Shown here: positions 35,861-48,185 of the stretch, piece by piece
Numbering within the stretch: position 1 is the first letter of the stretch
Layout: each line of letters begins with the position of its first letter
Assembly: GCA_013265495.1 (NCBI GenBank)
Contig: MU063892.1
Location: 620,001 to 684,000 of the forward strand
DNA from: Vicugna vicugna
Taxonomy: Eukaryota
Direction: 5' to 3'
DNA length: 64,000 nucleotides
The notes under the pieces: generated by a model
Told to the model about the DNA's origin: nothing
Databases searched by the model: none
What the model saw: only the letters and a program-made list of their open reading frames with translations
Position numbers and translations under genes: made by a program

Positions 35861-36380
35861 GTCTTTCTGGCTGGTCTGAGACAAGCCAGCAGAATGAGGG
35901 CGGGGGTTACCAAAAGACCGGGGCACGCGGAAACACCTTTACCCCGCGCCGCTCGCAGTGTTCCAGGCTCCGACGACCACGCGGCGCGCCGCGCCGCACC
36001 TCCCTCCCAACCCGCGCTCCAGGACAGAAGCGGTCGGCTCCGCCCACCCCGAGCCGCTGGCCCCGCCCCGCCAGGCCTGGCGGCGGGGACATTCCGCTAC
36101 CAGCTGCCCCCAGCTGCAGCCGCTTTCCGCCCCCACCCGCCGCTGTGCTCCGGCCAAGGGCAGGGAAGAGGCCCGGCCCAAACCCGCCGCCCGCGGAGGC
36201 CCCGCCGGAGTTCGTCGGGCTCAGAGCAACAGCCCTAATCACCCCACCCCCCAACTCCGGGACCGGCACCCTCCCTCCCCCGCACTTCCATTCAGACATT
36301 TTTTAAATGCGAACAAAGACAGAGGTGCAGACAAGGTCACCCGGACAGAAGGGCCAAGGGTAAGCGGGGCTCCGACTCAG
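35740..36380 (-). promoter_or_regulatory. Intronic CpG island, probable internal promoter of DAB2IP
   Basis: Dense CpG (cgacgaccacgcggcgcgccgcgccgc) with GC boxes at 36061-36070, ~36039 and ~36125, against CpG-depleted flanks. Minus-strand donor-like sites GAG|gtgcgg (after 36000) and GGG|gtaaag (after 35943). DAB2IP is known to use multiple CpG-rich promoters. Confidence 0.75.
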
Positions 36381-38179
36381 AACTAAACAGCCAGGCAACC
36401 AGACAGTTCCCCTAGCTGGGAAGAACTGGGTTCCCAGGTGGCAGTCCCGGATTCAAGTTCCCTCTCTGGGCGGTGTCTCCTATATCCTGGGCTGAGCCAG
36501 CAGGGCGAGGGGGAGGGTGAAGTGCTGGATGGAAGAGACAAGGGGGTGAGCTAGGTGAACTGTCAGGGTTTGTGAATGCTACAAGACAGGCAATGGGACC
36601 CATGAGCCCAAATGCCACCCCACCTTTTGGCCTCTGGTGAATCTGACACAGCCCTCACTGAACCAAAATCCCTCTGGGAAAGGCACACCCAGCTAACTCA
36701 ACATTTTTGCCTGGGGTCACCCACTAGAGAAGTCACAGTTTTCCAAGCACTGAGCCTCTGTCACACACAGGGAATCATATCTACTTCCCTTATAGTCACC
36801 ATCCAAAGGGGCTAATCAAAGCCTCCGCTAGGGTGGCTGCTGCATTAACTTTCTGATGCAATAGAATTATGGAATCTAATCCCTCCATGTAAATATGGAT
36901 TAACAAGCCGGTGGGGGAACAGAGCCCCTGCCTGGGGTCCTGCCTACTCTGTGGCCTCTATATCTAGAGGCAATCACAAGCCCCAGTTCAGTCCTTGGTG
37001 GTTTCAGCCTGCTCGACTCTCAACAACAACTGAGCTCCTATTAAGTGCTGGATTGTCAGGCACCTACAGTGCGCAGGCAGGCAGGATTTTGGCTGGGGCA
37101 CCTGCAGAACCGGTGACTCTTCTGACTATGGCCCCACAGAAACCCCCAACCTGGGAAGTAACTCATTCCATCCCCTGATATGTTCTCACTTGTGCTTGGC
37201 TCTGTTCTCAGCACAGGTGGTCCTGATCACAGGTAATCCAGCAATACCTGCCCCCTCCATCTGCATCTGCTCACACACCCCTAAAGCCCAGAGGACTCAT
37301 AGCCAGAGGTGTACTTACGCTGGTTCCCTTCCTTCTGAGGTGAGGTTTCCCCTCATAGCTTCATCTGGGTCTATCCAATGTCTTAATAAAATTTCAGAAC
37401 AGGGGAGAGGTGAGGCTGTAGTCACCAAGGGAGGCCCTGGGGCAGAAGAAGCCTCTCTGGCTCTCAGAGCATCCAAGGCACCTGAGATGGAGGGGACAGT
37501 GCTCAATTCTGAGCACTCCTCCAGGGTGTAAGCCCCAAGCAGGCCTCCCACTTGAGCTCAATAATGTCAATAAACAGCTAAGGCAGAGACTGTAACCACC
37601 TTACAAATGAAGAAATCAAGTCCAGAGAAGCTCAATCACTTGCACAAGGTGGCCCAGCCACATTTGGAAGTAGATGTGCCTTACCACAGACAGCTATTTG
37701 TATCTTTTTACTGGTCACCTCTTATCTCCTCTCCAATTCTAATACCCCTTCCTCCTGGGAGCCATCCTAGATTTCCCCCAGGTAGGAAGCTATCCCCACT
37801 GGTTGATCCACACAGATCTAATATCTTGCTATAACAAAACAGGCCTCTATGATAGAGTCTCTCACTCTGCAAAACAGCTGTCACAGGAGGCAGTCACAAG
37901 CTTTAAAAAAAAAAAAACCTGTCCCTAGGGGTCAGAAGATATACTTGCCAGCTGTGTGACCTTGAATAAGTTGCTTCCCTCCTCCTCTCCTAGCCTCGGC
38001 TCAGAGGGCTGCGTAGCCTCATGCAAGCTCCTTTCAGAAGCATCAGTAAAAGGGAGTAAATACACAGTGAGCACCCTTGGAATTTCAGAGGCCACCCGAA
38101 CTCAGTTACTCTTGGTTTCAGTGCCCCCAGTGACCAGGCCTCCAGAATCAGTCCCCACTCACCCAGTGCACACTCTTCA

Positions 38180-38515
38180 CCTTCACCCCACCCAGCCACA
38201 GGCCCTCCTCCTCTACTCTTCCCAGTGTGTCCCTGTCCTTTCTCATGGCCACACCTTTGCTCCCATGGATCATCCCTCCTGCCCCGATTTCTAGTTCTCA
38301 TTCAATTTCAAGACCCAGCTTACCTGCCCCGCCTCAGGGAAGCCTTTCCCAGTGTCCCCAGGCACGGAAGCTGCATGATCTCTCCCTCTCTTCCTGAATT
38401 CCTGGCCTCCCCACTCTTCTCCCAGGGTTCTGCTTGGGTTCTGTCAGGCTCTCCCTAGGGTCTATTCATCTCTGGTTCTTCAGATCCTGGGACTCAATAA
38501 ATGCGTGATGGACAG
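38180..38515 (+). mobile_element. L2 3' fragment
   Basis: cctcagggaagcctttccc...gggactcaataaatgcgtgatgga. Confidence 0.55.
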
Positions 38516-39129
38516 ATACGTCCTGCAGGTCAGTCTTCTCCCAAACATTCAGAGGCCAAAAGTCTCATCATCTTCTGGATCTAACGGTGCCTCACCAACT
38601 GGGCCAGGCTCTCTGGGAGACTCAAAACCTCTTTCTTCAAGGAGCTTCCCATTTCCTGGGGCACAGGGGAGCCAGCACCAAGGCTGTCAAGGAACACTTC
38701 CAGGCAATGCTTGCACATCCCCTTGGGAAAGAGAGATGCTCACAACCTACGAGGGAAGAACTTCCTTGTGATCACAGCCCTCTTCTTTCTAGAAGCTATG
38801 TACAGGCCGGCGGCCCTCTGCGGCCTGCCCAGAGCTGCCTCAGCCAGAGGAGGGCGCTGCCATAACCCACCGCCTCAGGATGAGTCTGCAGGACAGAAGC
38901 AGGCACAGGACAGGACGGGAGAAGGAGGCCCCGCAGAAAGTCAGCCCCAGAGCCTGGCTGTTCATGGACAAGGGCTTCTGAAGAGACCCCCGCTGCACTT
39001 AGCTGATGATGAGAAACAAACTTGGTATTAGACTGAGGGCCAGCTTTGGGTAGCAGTTTCAGTGTGCCCCAGCTGTTAATTTATGTGAGCACATCTATGC
39101 TTGTGTGGTTTCATCATCACCAACAAATG

Positions 39130-39335
39130 ACAAATGTGCCCCGGCACCTGCTATGTGCCAGGCCCAGTGCTAGGTATTTTGCATACATTATCTCGCTTAA
39201 TCTTCCAAAAAGCCATCAGCTGTGGGAATCCACAGAGATACTTTTACTACAATGGAGCTGAAGCACAGAGAGGTTGAAAACACTGCCAAGGTCACACAGC
39301 TAGTTACTGGTGGCAGCTGCGATTCCAGTCCCCTC
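39130..39335 (-). mobile_element. MIR SINE
   Basis: cacctgctatgtgccaggcccagtgctagg...gaagcacagagaggttgaaaacactgccaaggtcacacagctagt. Confidence 0.75.
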
Positions 39336-40789
39336 AACAATCTGGCCCTGGCCTATCTTTCTGGCCTGAGCTTCCATTGCTCACCATTCCCTAGCCTCTG
39401 TTCCCTGTCCCCACCCCTCAAGTTCCGCATGCTCCATGTTCTGTGATTGGGCTGGGGGCAGGGGGTTCCTATATATCATCAGCCTGCAGCTTCCTAACTC
39501 CCTCCCTCCTCTCCACCTGCTCAAGAGCCCCCCAGCTCCAACCCCCTCTCCCCTCCCATTAGGCCAGCCAGGCTCCTGCCCTCTGGCTACCTCCTTCCCT
39601 GACCCCCATCTGCCAGGCCCCCCACCAGCATTTCGTGGTAATGACTTCAGCTGGCAGACAGAGAATCCTGGAACCTTCCCCCCACAGTGATGTTGACACA
39701 TGTTCACTCAAAAAACGTGATGTTTCCATCAAAGCATTTAGGGGGAGTAAATTCCTCCCCATGTGATGCCTCCTTGGAAAAATAGGGTAAATTTACTCGA
39801 ACAAGCAATGAGACTTGGTCAGCACTTCTCTTTCTTGGTTGTCACGGTGCCAAGTCCCGGGTGAGCCCAGCACGGTGTTCCAGGGAGAGTGCTATCAAAG
39901 GGCGGGTGAGGGAGGGGGGAGGGGCACGGTGTACGAGGCCATGACTGCGGCCCGCTGTACAGTGTGCTGGTCAGTTTGCGGCCTGTCCCCTAAGCCCCTC
40001 CCCAGAGACTTGAGTGCTACTCACTGTGCTCCCACCAGAGCCCAGCTTCTGTCTCTGACTGGGCCACCTACTGCCCAGGCCCCAGGTCCTGGCCCCCCAC
40101 CAGGGTGGGGCCCTGCCCTCACAGCCATCTCCACACCAGACCTGTTACCCAAGTCACATACGCCACCTAATGTCACCACAACCCTGAAAGGTCAGGAAGC
40201 CAAACCTCCCTTATCCACCCCCTCCCCAGTCCCTGGAACCGGAGAAGGGGATGCGGTGAGGAGGCCCTGCTCCACCTCCCGGTTCCAACTCTGCCAAGAG
40301 GGGAGGTACAATGCCAGGCACTGTAACCTGGGGGCCCAGGGGTCAGCGGTGTCTGGCTAGGTCCTAACTCATCCCAGCCGCGCCCTGGGCAGCTGAAGAA
40401 AACTGTGAAGCCAGAGCAGCTGGGCCTCAGGGAAGGCCCAGCCCTCCTCAGCAGAGAAGACGGAGGAGGGGAGGGGAGGCCCACAGACCACCTCCCTGTC
40501 CTCATTTCCCCACGTAAACAGACAGCAATCCTGCAACGAGACAGCAATTACAACCCCTCCCAGAATTCCCCGGAGCCCCGCTCTTAGAGATTCCTGGCTT
40601 CAACAGAGTGGAATGGAAGCGTCTGATCTGATTCCCTCCACATGTTTTCCAAGAGTCTGCTGCTGCCGTGCCTGACACTCCTGGCCTCCTCTCCACGACA
40701 CGTGCCAGAGGGAGGCATCGCTAGTCCCATCTTACAGATGGGGAAACATCCAATCCAAGGCCACACAGCTAGGAAGGATACAGGCAGGT

Positions 40790-41080
40790 GAACAAGACAC
40801 ACAGCTTCTGCCCTCAAAAAGCTGGCAGTCCAGTGGGGGAGGGATGCATGCAGACATGAGTGTCAGTACAAGCACACTTGACAGGCTGTGGGCCCAGAGG
40901 AAGCTGCAAAAGTATCCAGCACAGGGCTGGCCCATCAGAGGACCTATAATGACTGCAGGGACACCAGTTCCAGTTTGGGTGCAAAGTATCGGGAAAGGCT
41001 TCATGGAGAGGAGGGTGTCCTAGCACATTCTCCTTTTGAGATCTGGGTCCCCCACCAAGCTCTGTGCCTGGCACATCATG
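40790..41080 (-). mobile_element. L2 fragment, reverse orientation
   Basis: gaacaagacac...ctgccctcaaaaagctggcagtccagtggggga...gggaaaggcttcatggagagg. Confidence 0.5.
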
Positions 41081-42079
41081 CAAGGGAATGAGTGTGGACA
41101 GACGGGTTAACCGGGGGCAGGCCCCTGGCATACTGAGTCACGTTTACATCACGACAGCCCAGCCCCAGGGGGTGTGTCAAGTCCTTGTGCCTCATTTACA
41201 AGACGAGGAGACAAAAGTGCAGAGCAGTCAAGTACTCTGCTCCAAGTAACCTAGCCAGTAAGGTCCCTGTCGTGTCTGGCTCAAGGCCTGCCTTTCCAGC
41301 AAGCACTTAATTTCTCCGCGTCTTTGCGGGCTCATCAGCAGAAACTCCACTGTCAGAAGCACGTCTACCGCAGGCTGGGGGCGGGCAGCCTGGGTTCATG
41401 GTGAGCACGTGATTCTGGACCCCGCTCCAGCAGCCTCTGGGGTAAATGGGCAGAGGGGGCTCCTCTCCTTCCGAGTCAAGCCTGCCAAGGAACGGCCACC
41501 AATACGGAGTTCTAATTGGTGAGCCCAGCGGCACAGAGCCCAGCAACACAGCCGGTGGGTGATGTTGTTGCAGGGGAAACAGCTGAGCACAGCAAATATA
41601 GCCGCTGACCCAATTCAGTTCCATTCTGTCTTCAAGAAAATAATTGAGTTTAAGTGAATAGGTTTCCCATGTCCCCTCCGGCCTCGGGGAGGGTGGAAAA
41701 GGAGAGGGGAGACAGGAACAGTTCCCTGGGCTCACTGTTGGTTATTTTTGAGTCATTAGGCCTGTGAAAGGTTTCTTTCTTGCCTTGGCGGACAGTGGGG
41801 GTTAGACATGGCTGGGAGGTGGTGAGGTGGAGTGAAAACCACACAAGGTGGACAGTGAAGATGGAGGTTAAAGGCCTAGCTGACAACGTCTTATGGAGTG
41901 GTCCAGTGGGGCCACAGGCTCGTCATCTATGGAATGGGAACACTATCTCCTCACCATACACCCCTCCCAAAATCACTGGAAAGAGCTAATGCAGGCTAAG
42001 CAAACTCAGAGCCTTCCAGGGAGTAAAGGAGCTTGGGGTGAGCTGCAGAGGCCAGTTCTTTATCCTGCAGGAATATAGG

Positions 42080-42280
42080 CCCAATGCTGCCAGGGCTGTT
42101 TTTTCAAGAAAAGCCAGAAATCCAGATTTTTCTGGTGAATGTTGAAGGTGAATGTTTTAGGACTGCTTAAATATCAGGAACAGATTATTAAAAAAAAATC
42201 TTTCTGCCCTACCAGAGCCAATGAAACCAGCCTGTGGGCTACATGTGGCCACGAGCCACCTATGTGCAACCTCCGACTTA
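42080..42280 (-). mobile_element. hAT-Charlie DNA transposon relic, MER102-like, reverse
   Basis: ttcaagaaaagccagaaatccagatttt...cctgtgggctacatgtggccacgagccacctatgtgcaacctccg is the reverse complement of the same family's 5' end. Confidence 0.55.
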
Positions 42281-42704
42281 GTGACAACGCATGTAACACC
42301 ATGTAGGACTTGCTGGCGTCCTCCCACCTGGTTACTGCTTCATAGTTTTCTTTGACCGTAAGGCCAAGCCCAGCCCTACTTCAAGAGGCTAGAGACACCC
42401 TCCTGTCCTCAAGATCTCAGAGGAGGAAGGAGGGGCTCCCCCCAACACACACACACACTCTGTGGGCAGGTGGGTGGGGATGCGGGGCTGGTTTTACCCT
42501 AGAAATTAAGGATCCTGGGCTCGCCTCCTGCATCGCCCTCAACAACCTGTTCGAGTCTCAGCTTCCTCTTTGGCAGAAAGGGAGTTTTTCTGTGATGGCC
42601 AAATAAGACAGAGAAATCTTCGAGATAAAGAGAGAGCATGTCAAGTCTCCCCCAGAGTAGAAGGAGCATGAAACTTAGCAAGACCTTGGGTCTTTTTCCC
42701 AACT

Positions 42705-42885
42705 GACAGCTCACGGCTGTGTGAGCCCAGGGAGGTTACCTAACTTCTCTGTATACAGGAGATAAGAATCTCTGGCACACAAAGCTGCTGTGAAGATTAA
42801 ATGAGATGATGACGGTCAAGAGCCTGGTAGGATGCCTGGCACATAGCAAGGGATCAAAAAAATGACAGGCATTATTATTACTGTT
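42705..42885 (+). mobile_element. MIR SINE
   Basis: gctgtgtgagccca...gctgtgaagattaaatgagat...tgcctggcacatagcaag. Confidence 0.7.
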
Positions 42886-43429
42886 CTTCTTATCTTTAGT
42901 GAAAAGCATGCCAGAGAATTCTGACTGGGTGATTACAATAATGTAGCACAGCCTGGCAAACCTGTTGTTAACAGATGAGGCCACCTATAATTAGCACAAT
43001 CATTACGTATGCAAATGATGCGGCTAAGATGCTGGAGAAGGATGTCCTTTGAAGTGTGCTCAAATAACCCCCTCCCCTGGCCGCCCTCCCTCCCCAAATC
43101 TTGTTTACACTATTAATTTCATTAGCAAACTTTTTTTTTCATAAAGCAAGACAGAATTCTAAACTAGTATATATTCCAGTCAAAGGGGTTGAAAATCATT
43201 TGATGCCTGCTGCCCACTGCAGGGGGCTCTCTGCGGAGGCCCGCGCCCCACCTGAATTGCTTGGGGGGCCCATCCTCATGCTCTTCGGTCAGCCGCAGGC
43301 CCGAGGCTGCCACTTACTGTCTCCGGGCCTCCTTTCCTGGTAGTGCAGGCCTGAAGACCTCCACTAACTGGCTCCCATCTGATACGTGGAGCTGGGAAGG
43401 GGAGAGGGGCGTGCGGGTGTGTCTGGCAC

Positions 43430-43650
43430 GGAGCAGGCACTGTACTGGAGCAGCTTTAATATGGCTGCTGAGTTCCCTCAAGGCCAGGACATACCACATC
43501 AGGCATATCATCGTCCCCATTTTACAGCTGAGAAAACCCAGTCCCAAAGAGAAACTGAGGGAGTAGTTTGCTCAAAGTCACATCAATATTAAGTTGCAGA
43601 ACTGACTTCAAACTTGGGTCAGGTCCGTCTACCACCCTGGAGTCCACTCC
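43430..43650 (-). mobile_element. MIR SINE
   Basis: atcgtccccattttacagctgagaaaac...tttgctcaaagtcacat. Further MIR fragments occur near 10.5, 12.5, 20.9, 23.2, 24.3, 26.9, 28.2, 29.8, 30.9, 37.6, 37.95, 41.2, 44.6, 47.2, 57.1, 60.1-60.5 and 61.7 kb. Confidence 0.65.
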
Positions 43651-45189
43651 TCTGGCTCTGCCCTCAGACCACACTCAGCACAGGCCTCTCTACCTGGAGA
43701 GGACAGAGGAAGTTAATAATCCAAAAGTGATCACAGCACCTTCATGCTGGGAGGGATCAGCAGAGACTGACCCAGGTTCTGAGCTGAAGCAGCTGAGGTT
43801 CGGAGGTCCTGTAATTTGCCTGCAGCCCCACAGGCAGGCAGAAGAAGAGCCTAGAACACAGAGCCCGCGGACGCTGCTTTTACATTTACGTCTTGAAACA
43901 CGAGACAATTCAACAGTCCTCCTCCCCCTTGGTAGTTGGGTCGGTATCTTAACCACCCCTGCATCCCCTGGGCCCAACACAGACCCAAGACAAAGGATGC
44001 TCAGGAAATCTTTGCTGAGCTGAACTATTTTCTTACCAAAAAAAGACAATGCTGAACAGCTGGAACAGTAAGGCCCGTGAGGGAAGATGGGTGGTATTCA
44101 AGGTTACGGGAGATTGGACCATCCTCCGTGGGAGGATGCGGCCATCTTCAGCTTGGGAAGGGCCCCTTTCAGAGCATTTCCCTGCTGGGCGTCTGCTCAA
44201 GAAGCGGGCAGTTAGCTGACTCTCAATATTGGAAGAAATGAAACAGAAGTCTTAACAGATAATGCTAGCCCCTCACCTGCCCCCTGCCAGCTCTGACCCT
44301 TCCTCACTCCTTCCTTGGCCCCTGACATTGCAGCTGGGAGAGATATGTGATTTGCCTGAGGTCTGGAGTCGTGAAGACTGGGACTCATACCTCTTTGCTC
44401 CTTCAACAAGGCTCTCCCGTCACCCCTCCACACTAGCCAGCTCTCCCACCCCCACCCCCCAACAACTCTGGCCCTTAGAAACCTAAAGGAGCCTTGACAA
44501 TGATGGTGAGCATGACTGCCCTCTGCCTCCACCACCACAGCCACCTCTGCCCAGCTAAGCAGACAGGGTACCTCCTGTGTGTGGACACTCTGCCAGGCTC
44601 TTCCCCCTTTAAATTCAAATAATCCTCACAAATATCTCAGGAAGCAGGTACAATGGGATGGAAAATGAAGTTGGACAGTTTACGTAAGCTGCTCCAGGCT
44701 ACGGAGCTGGGAAGTGGTGGATGCAGGGCAGGTGGGCTCGCTCAGGGGCTGCTCCGTGCTGGGACCCAGGGAACTCCCGGGTGGGGGTCCCCTACCTCCA
44801 CGTCCTGGTCATGAGTGTGACACAACGTATCACCTATCCCTCAGCACCGTATCCTGCCAGGGGTCACTCAGCCCATCCCCCTGCCTCCAGACAAGGCTTC
44901 CATCAGCCTGGAGTAGGGGTGTGCTCTCAGGACCGAGGCTCAGGGGCCGTCCAGAGCTGTGCAAGCCCAGACAAACCATTTTTCAGAGACCACCCTAAAT
45001 CCCTATCCCCACCACCTCCCACCACCCCTTGTCCCTAGTCCAGCAGCCTCCAGGGCTGGGGACTGGAGCTCCTGGCAGCATGGGGGAGGGGCAGAGAGGA
45101 GACCCGTTCCCTGGAGGGTGAAGGGAAGACAGGGCCGGGGTCTCAATTGCCAGCTTCTTCCTTCTCCTCCCAGGCCCCCTTCCCATGGG

Positions 45190-45560
45190 CAGGGAGCTGC
45201 TTCGAAACCACTGCTCTGACCCTCTTAAAATCCTTCCCACTCCCAGTCACCTTCAGGATCAAGTCCTGCCTTCCCACTGCCCTTTATTCTGTCCCTCCCC
45301 AGGCCAACACACACAGCACGAGTACACAGCAACACAGCCACCAGGCCTACCAGCAAGCCCCGCCCCTCCTCTCCAGGGGGAAACTTCCACCAGCCATCAC
45401 CTTCACTCTGCGGCCCAACCACCAGCCCCGTGGAGCTGTCCTTGAGCCCCAGTGGAGTCCTTGCTCCCTTCCCTGTCCACCCACAGTCCCTCTAATGTAG
45501 AAGCCATTGACCCATCTGCCTCCTCCAGCCAGTAGGAGCCCTTGAGGGCAGAGACTGGGT
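45190..45560 (+). mobile_element. L2 3' fragment
   Basis: ctcttaaaatccttcccactcccagtcaccttcaggatcaagtcc...ggagcccttgagggcagagactgg. Confidence 0.55.
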
Positions 45561-46279
45561 GTGACCGCCCCTTGCCCACAACACAGCACGTGCCCTGGCT
45601 GGCTACAATTTGCTGCACTGGGTTTGCCAGGGTCAATGAGCCCAGATCTAAGGCTAACCTCCAGAAGGGGAGTCTCTTGGAAGCAGACCTGACTATAAGC
45701 CCCCCAACCAGGTCAGGTTAGGGTCTGCCAACTGGCTCTCCCAACCCAGCTCATTAAGAGAACATGGATGGTGCCAGGCCCAGTCTTTCTATGGATGCCT
45801 GACAATGGCTGTGTCGAGAAACACAGGAGATGAAGTCATCGCTCCCAGAAATAGGCTGATTAAGATGTGACGACAACGCAAACAGCAAGGCTGGACAGAC
45901 ACACACACTCGCTCTGTCTCCCCAAGTGCTTCTCCACCCTGGGAAGTCAGGCCAGTCCTGAGCTCCTCTGGGAAGCGGAGATCATGCCAGGAACAGAGCC
46001 AGGGCAGGGAGCTTGGACACAGGCAACAGAACCGGCCTCAGGAGCAAGGGTGCCCGGGGGCTCTCTCCCTGGGGCTCCCTGTCCTGACCTGCGCTGAGGT
46101 CCCCGCCCTGCCCCGGCCCTCTCAGACCCCTCCAGTTTGTTTTCTCACTTTCTCCTTGGCCCGCCTTCATCCCTTCCCAGGGTCTAATCCCACCCGCTCC
46201 CCGCTTTCAGCCCCCTCACACTTCTGTCCTCTCCTGCAGGGCAAGCCTGCCTAGATTCCAGGAAGGTGGGAGCTGCTAC

Positions 46280-46430
46280 TGTCTGAGACAGGGCTCAGAG
46301 CTCGGCTCTGTCTTGCTGCAGCTAGGTGACCGTGAGCGAGTCAATCCATCTCTCTGAGCTTACCTTCCTCATCTGTGAAGTGCAGATAGCAACGTGCCTA
46401 TGTCATGGGGTGAGACTACATGAAATATGT
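46280..46430 (+). mobile_element. MIR SINE
   Basis: ctaggtgaccgtgagcgagtcaatccatctctctgagcttaccttcctcatctgtgaagtg. Confidence 0.7.
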
Positions 46431-46730
46431 TGATTTGTTCATTCACCAACCTTGTATCAGACCCTGTTATGGGGGCTGGAGACACATCAGGGAACAAGAC
46501 ACCAACTGCCTGCTCCCCTGGGGCCTAGAGTCCAGTGTGGGAGAAGTGCGCACACCTGTATGGTAGTGGCAGCTGAACTCAGGTGCTAAAAGGGAACCCA
46601 CAGCAGGGCCCTGGCTCGAGAGGATGAGAAGGCTGGGTATGACAATGTTTTTGGATGAAGCGTGGAGGGAGGTCACAGAAATCTGGGTGAAGAGTGACCC
46701 AGGAAGAGGGAACAAGGGCCAAGGTCCGGG
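46430..46730 (-). mobile_element. L2 3' end, reverse orientation
   Basis: ttcattcaccaacc...ggagacacatcagggaacaagacac...tagagtccagtgtgggaga. Confidence 0.6.
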
Positions 46731-47989
46731 GCTGGGGCGCTGCAGGGGCGCGGGACAGGGACGAGTTGGGTAGGTAAAATCAGTGAGGTCGGCAGGAGCT
46801 GCCTGTGCAGGGTCCACAGGAAGGGACGAGACGCCACTGGGTAGTGTGCTGTTTGAAGCCTGCTTCAGCCACTGGCAGAGAATGGACCAAAGGGGAGCTG
46901 AGTCGGAGACGGAGACCAGCCTAGGGGTCAGCTGCAGGGTCTGGGTGAGAGGTGCCAGCGGCCTGGATGTGATGGCACTGGTGGTGGTATGGGAGGCACT
47001 CGGCACGTGCCTGGCACAAAGTGAATCCTCAGTACTCGTTCTCCTTGTCCCTGTCCTCGTCACCCTCGACATCCTCGTCATCCCTAACGCTGGCCAGGAC
47101 TCTGCTGGTCCCAAAGCTGAAAGGCTGTCAGGCAGACTTCAGACGAGCCCTGTGAGGTGGGCAGGGCTCCTCACCCTATTTTACAGATGACCAAGTTCCT
47201 TGCTCAAGGTCTCCAGAGCAGCGGCAGGCAGGGCCAGCACTCGGCTGAGCAGGCACATCTCCTCCACGTGTCCCCCAGCCCTGCCCAGGGCCCCGTCCTC
47301 CGCCAGCTGTGTCCCAATCCACACGGGGCCTCCACCTGGGAAAACATTCGACTCCCAACAGCAGCAGCGCCAGTGCGGCATGTCACAGACTTTAGAGTGC
47401 TTTTCTATCTTCTCTCTCACTCGCTGAGAGGGAGGTACTCCAGGCCCCACCACACGAGAAGCGCCCTCGAATCTCAGTTTCGAAGCTTTCCTGGGCTAGG
47501 CAAGTACTCCTCCCTGGGCCTGGCTGCCCCCGCTCCCGCCACCCCCCTACCCCCTAGGTCAAATGAGAGCCCCAGGAGGAGACATGCATGCACCTCTCAC
47601 CCCAGGCTGGGACCAGAGCTGACTCCTGTCCCTGTCCCCAGGGCGGGGCACAGGTGAGCAAAAACAGAAACAACTCAGTCCCGAAGGCCCCAGAGACAGC
47701 CATCCGGCCCACCCCCTTCCCGCTCAGCCACCACCTGAGTCTGGGTGGAGCTGCTAAGAAAAGCCCATTCCCTCTCTTGTCCCTCCCCAACCACAGAGCA
47801 ACCTGGGGAGCCACCCACCCCCGCCCACCCCCAGGCAGCGGGGAGGGAAGGGCTCTGTGGACAGCAGGGGCCTCCCGACCTGATGGAGCACAGCCATCCT
47901 CCCCCCACCCCTTCTCTACAGGCCGAGGAGGTGGAGTTAAGCTAGACACCATGCTCTCAAGCACACAGACATAGATCACTTTTTTATAA

Positions 47990-48185
47990 GCCGAAGAAAA
48001 CACCCTCCCCCAACCCCGACCAACAGTCAGCAGTGGCTGGTGGCGGGGTCAGGGAGGTGGGGTTCTGAGGTGGCAGCCGTGTGGAAAGAAACATTTCACT
48101 TTTTGCTTTACACTTCTCTGTGTGGCTGGAACTTGGTATTCCATGCTTGTGTTTTTAACTACTTTTACGTTTAAAAAAAAAAGAC
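47990..48185 (+). mobile_element. Old L1M (L1ME/L1MC-like) 3' end with poly(A)
   Basis: catttcactttttgctttacacttctctgtgtggctggaacttggtattccatgcttgtgttt, then an A-run. A similar relic lies at ~5560-5770. Confidence 0.55.
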
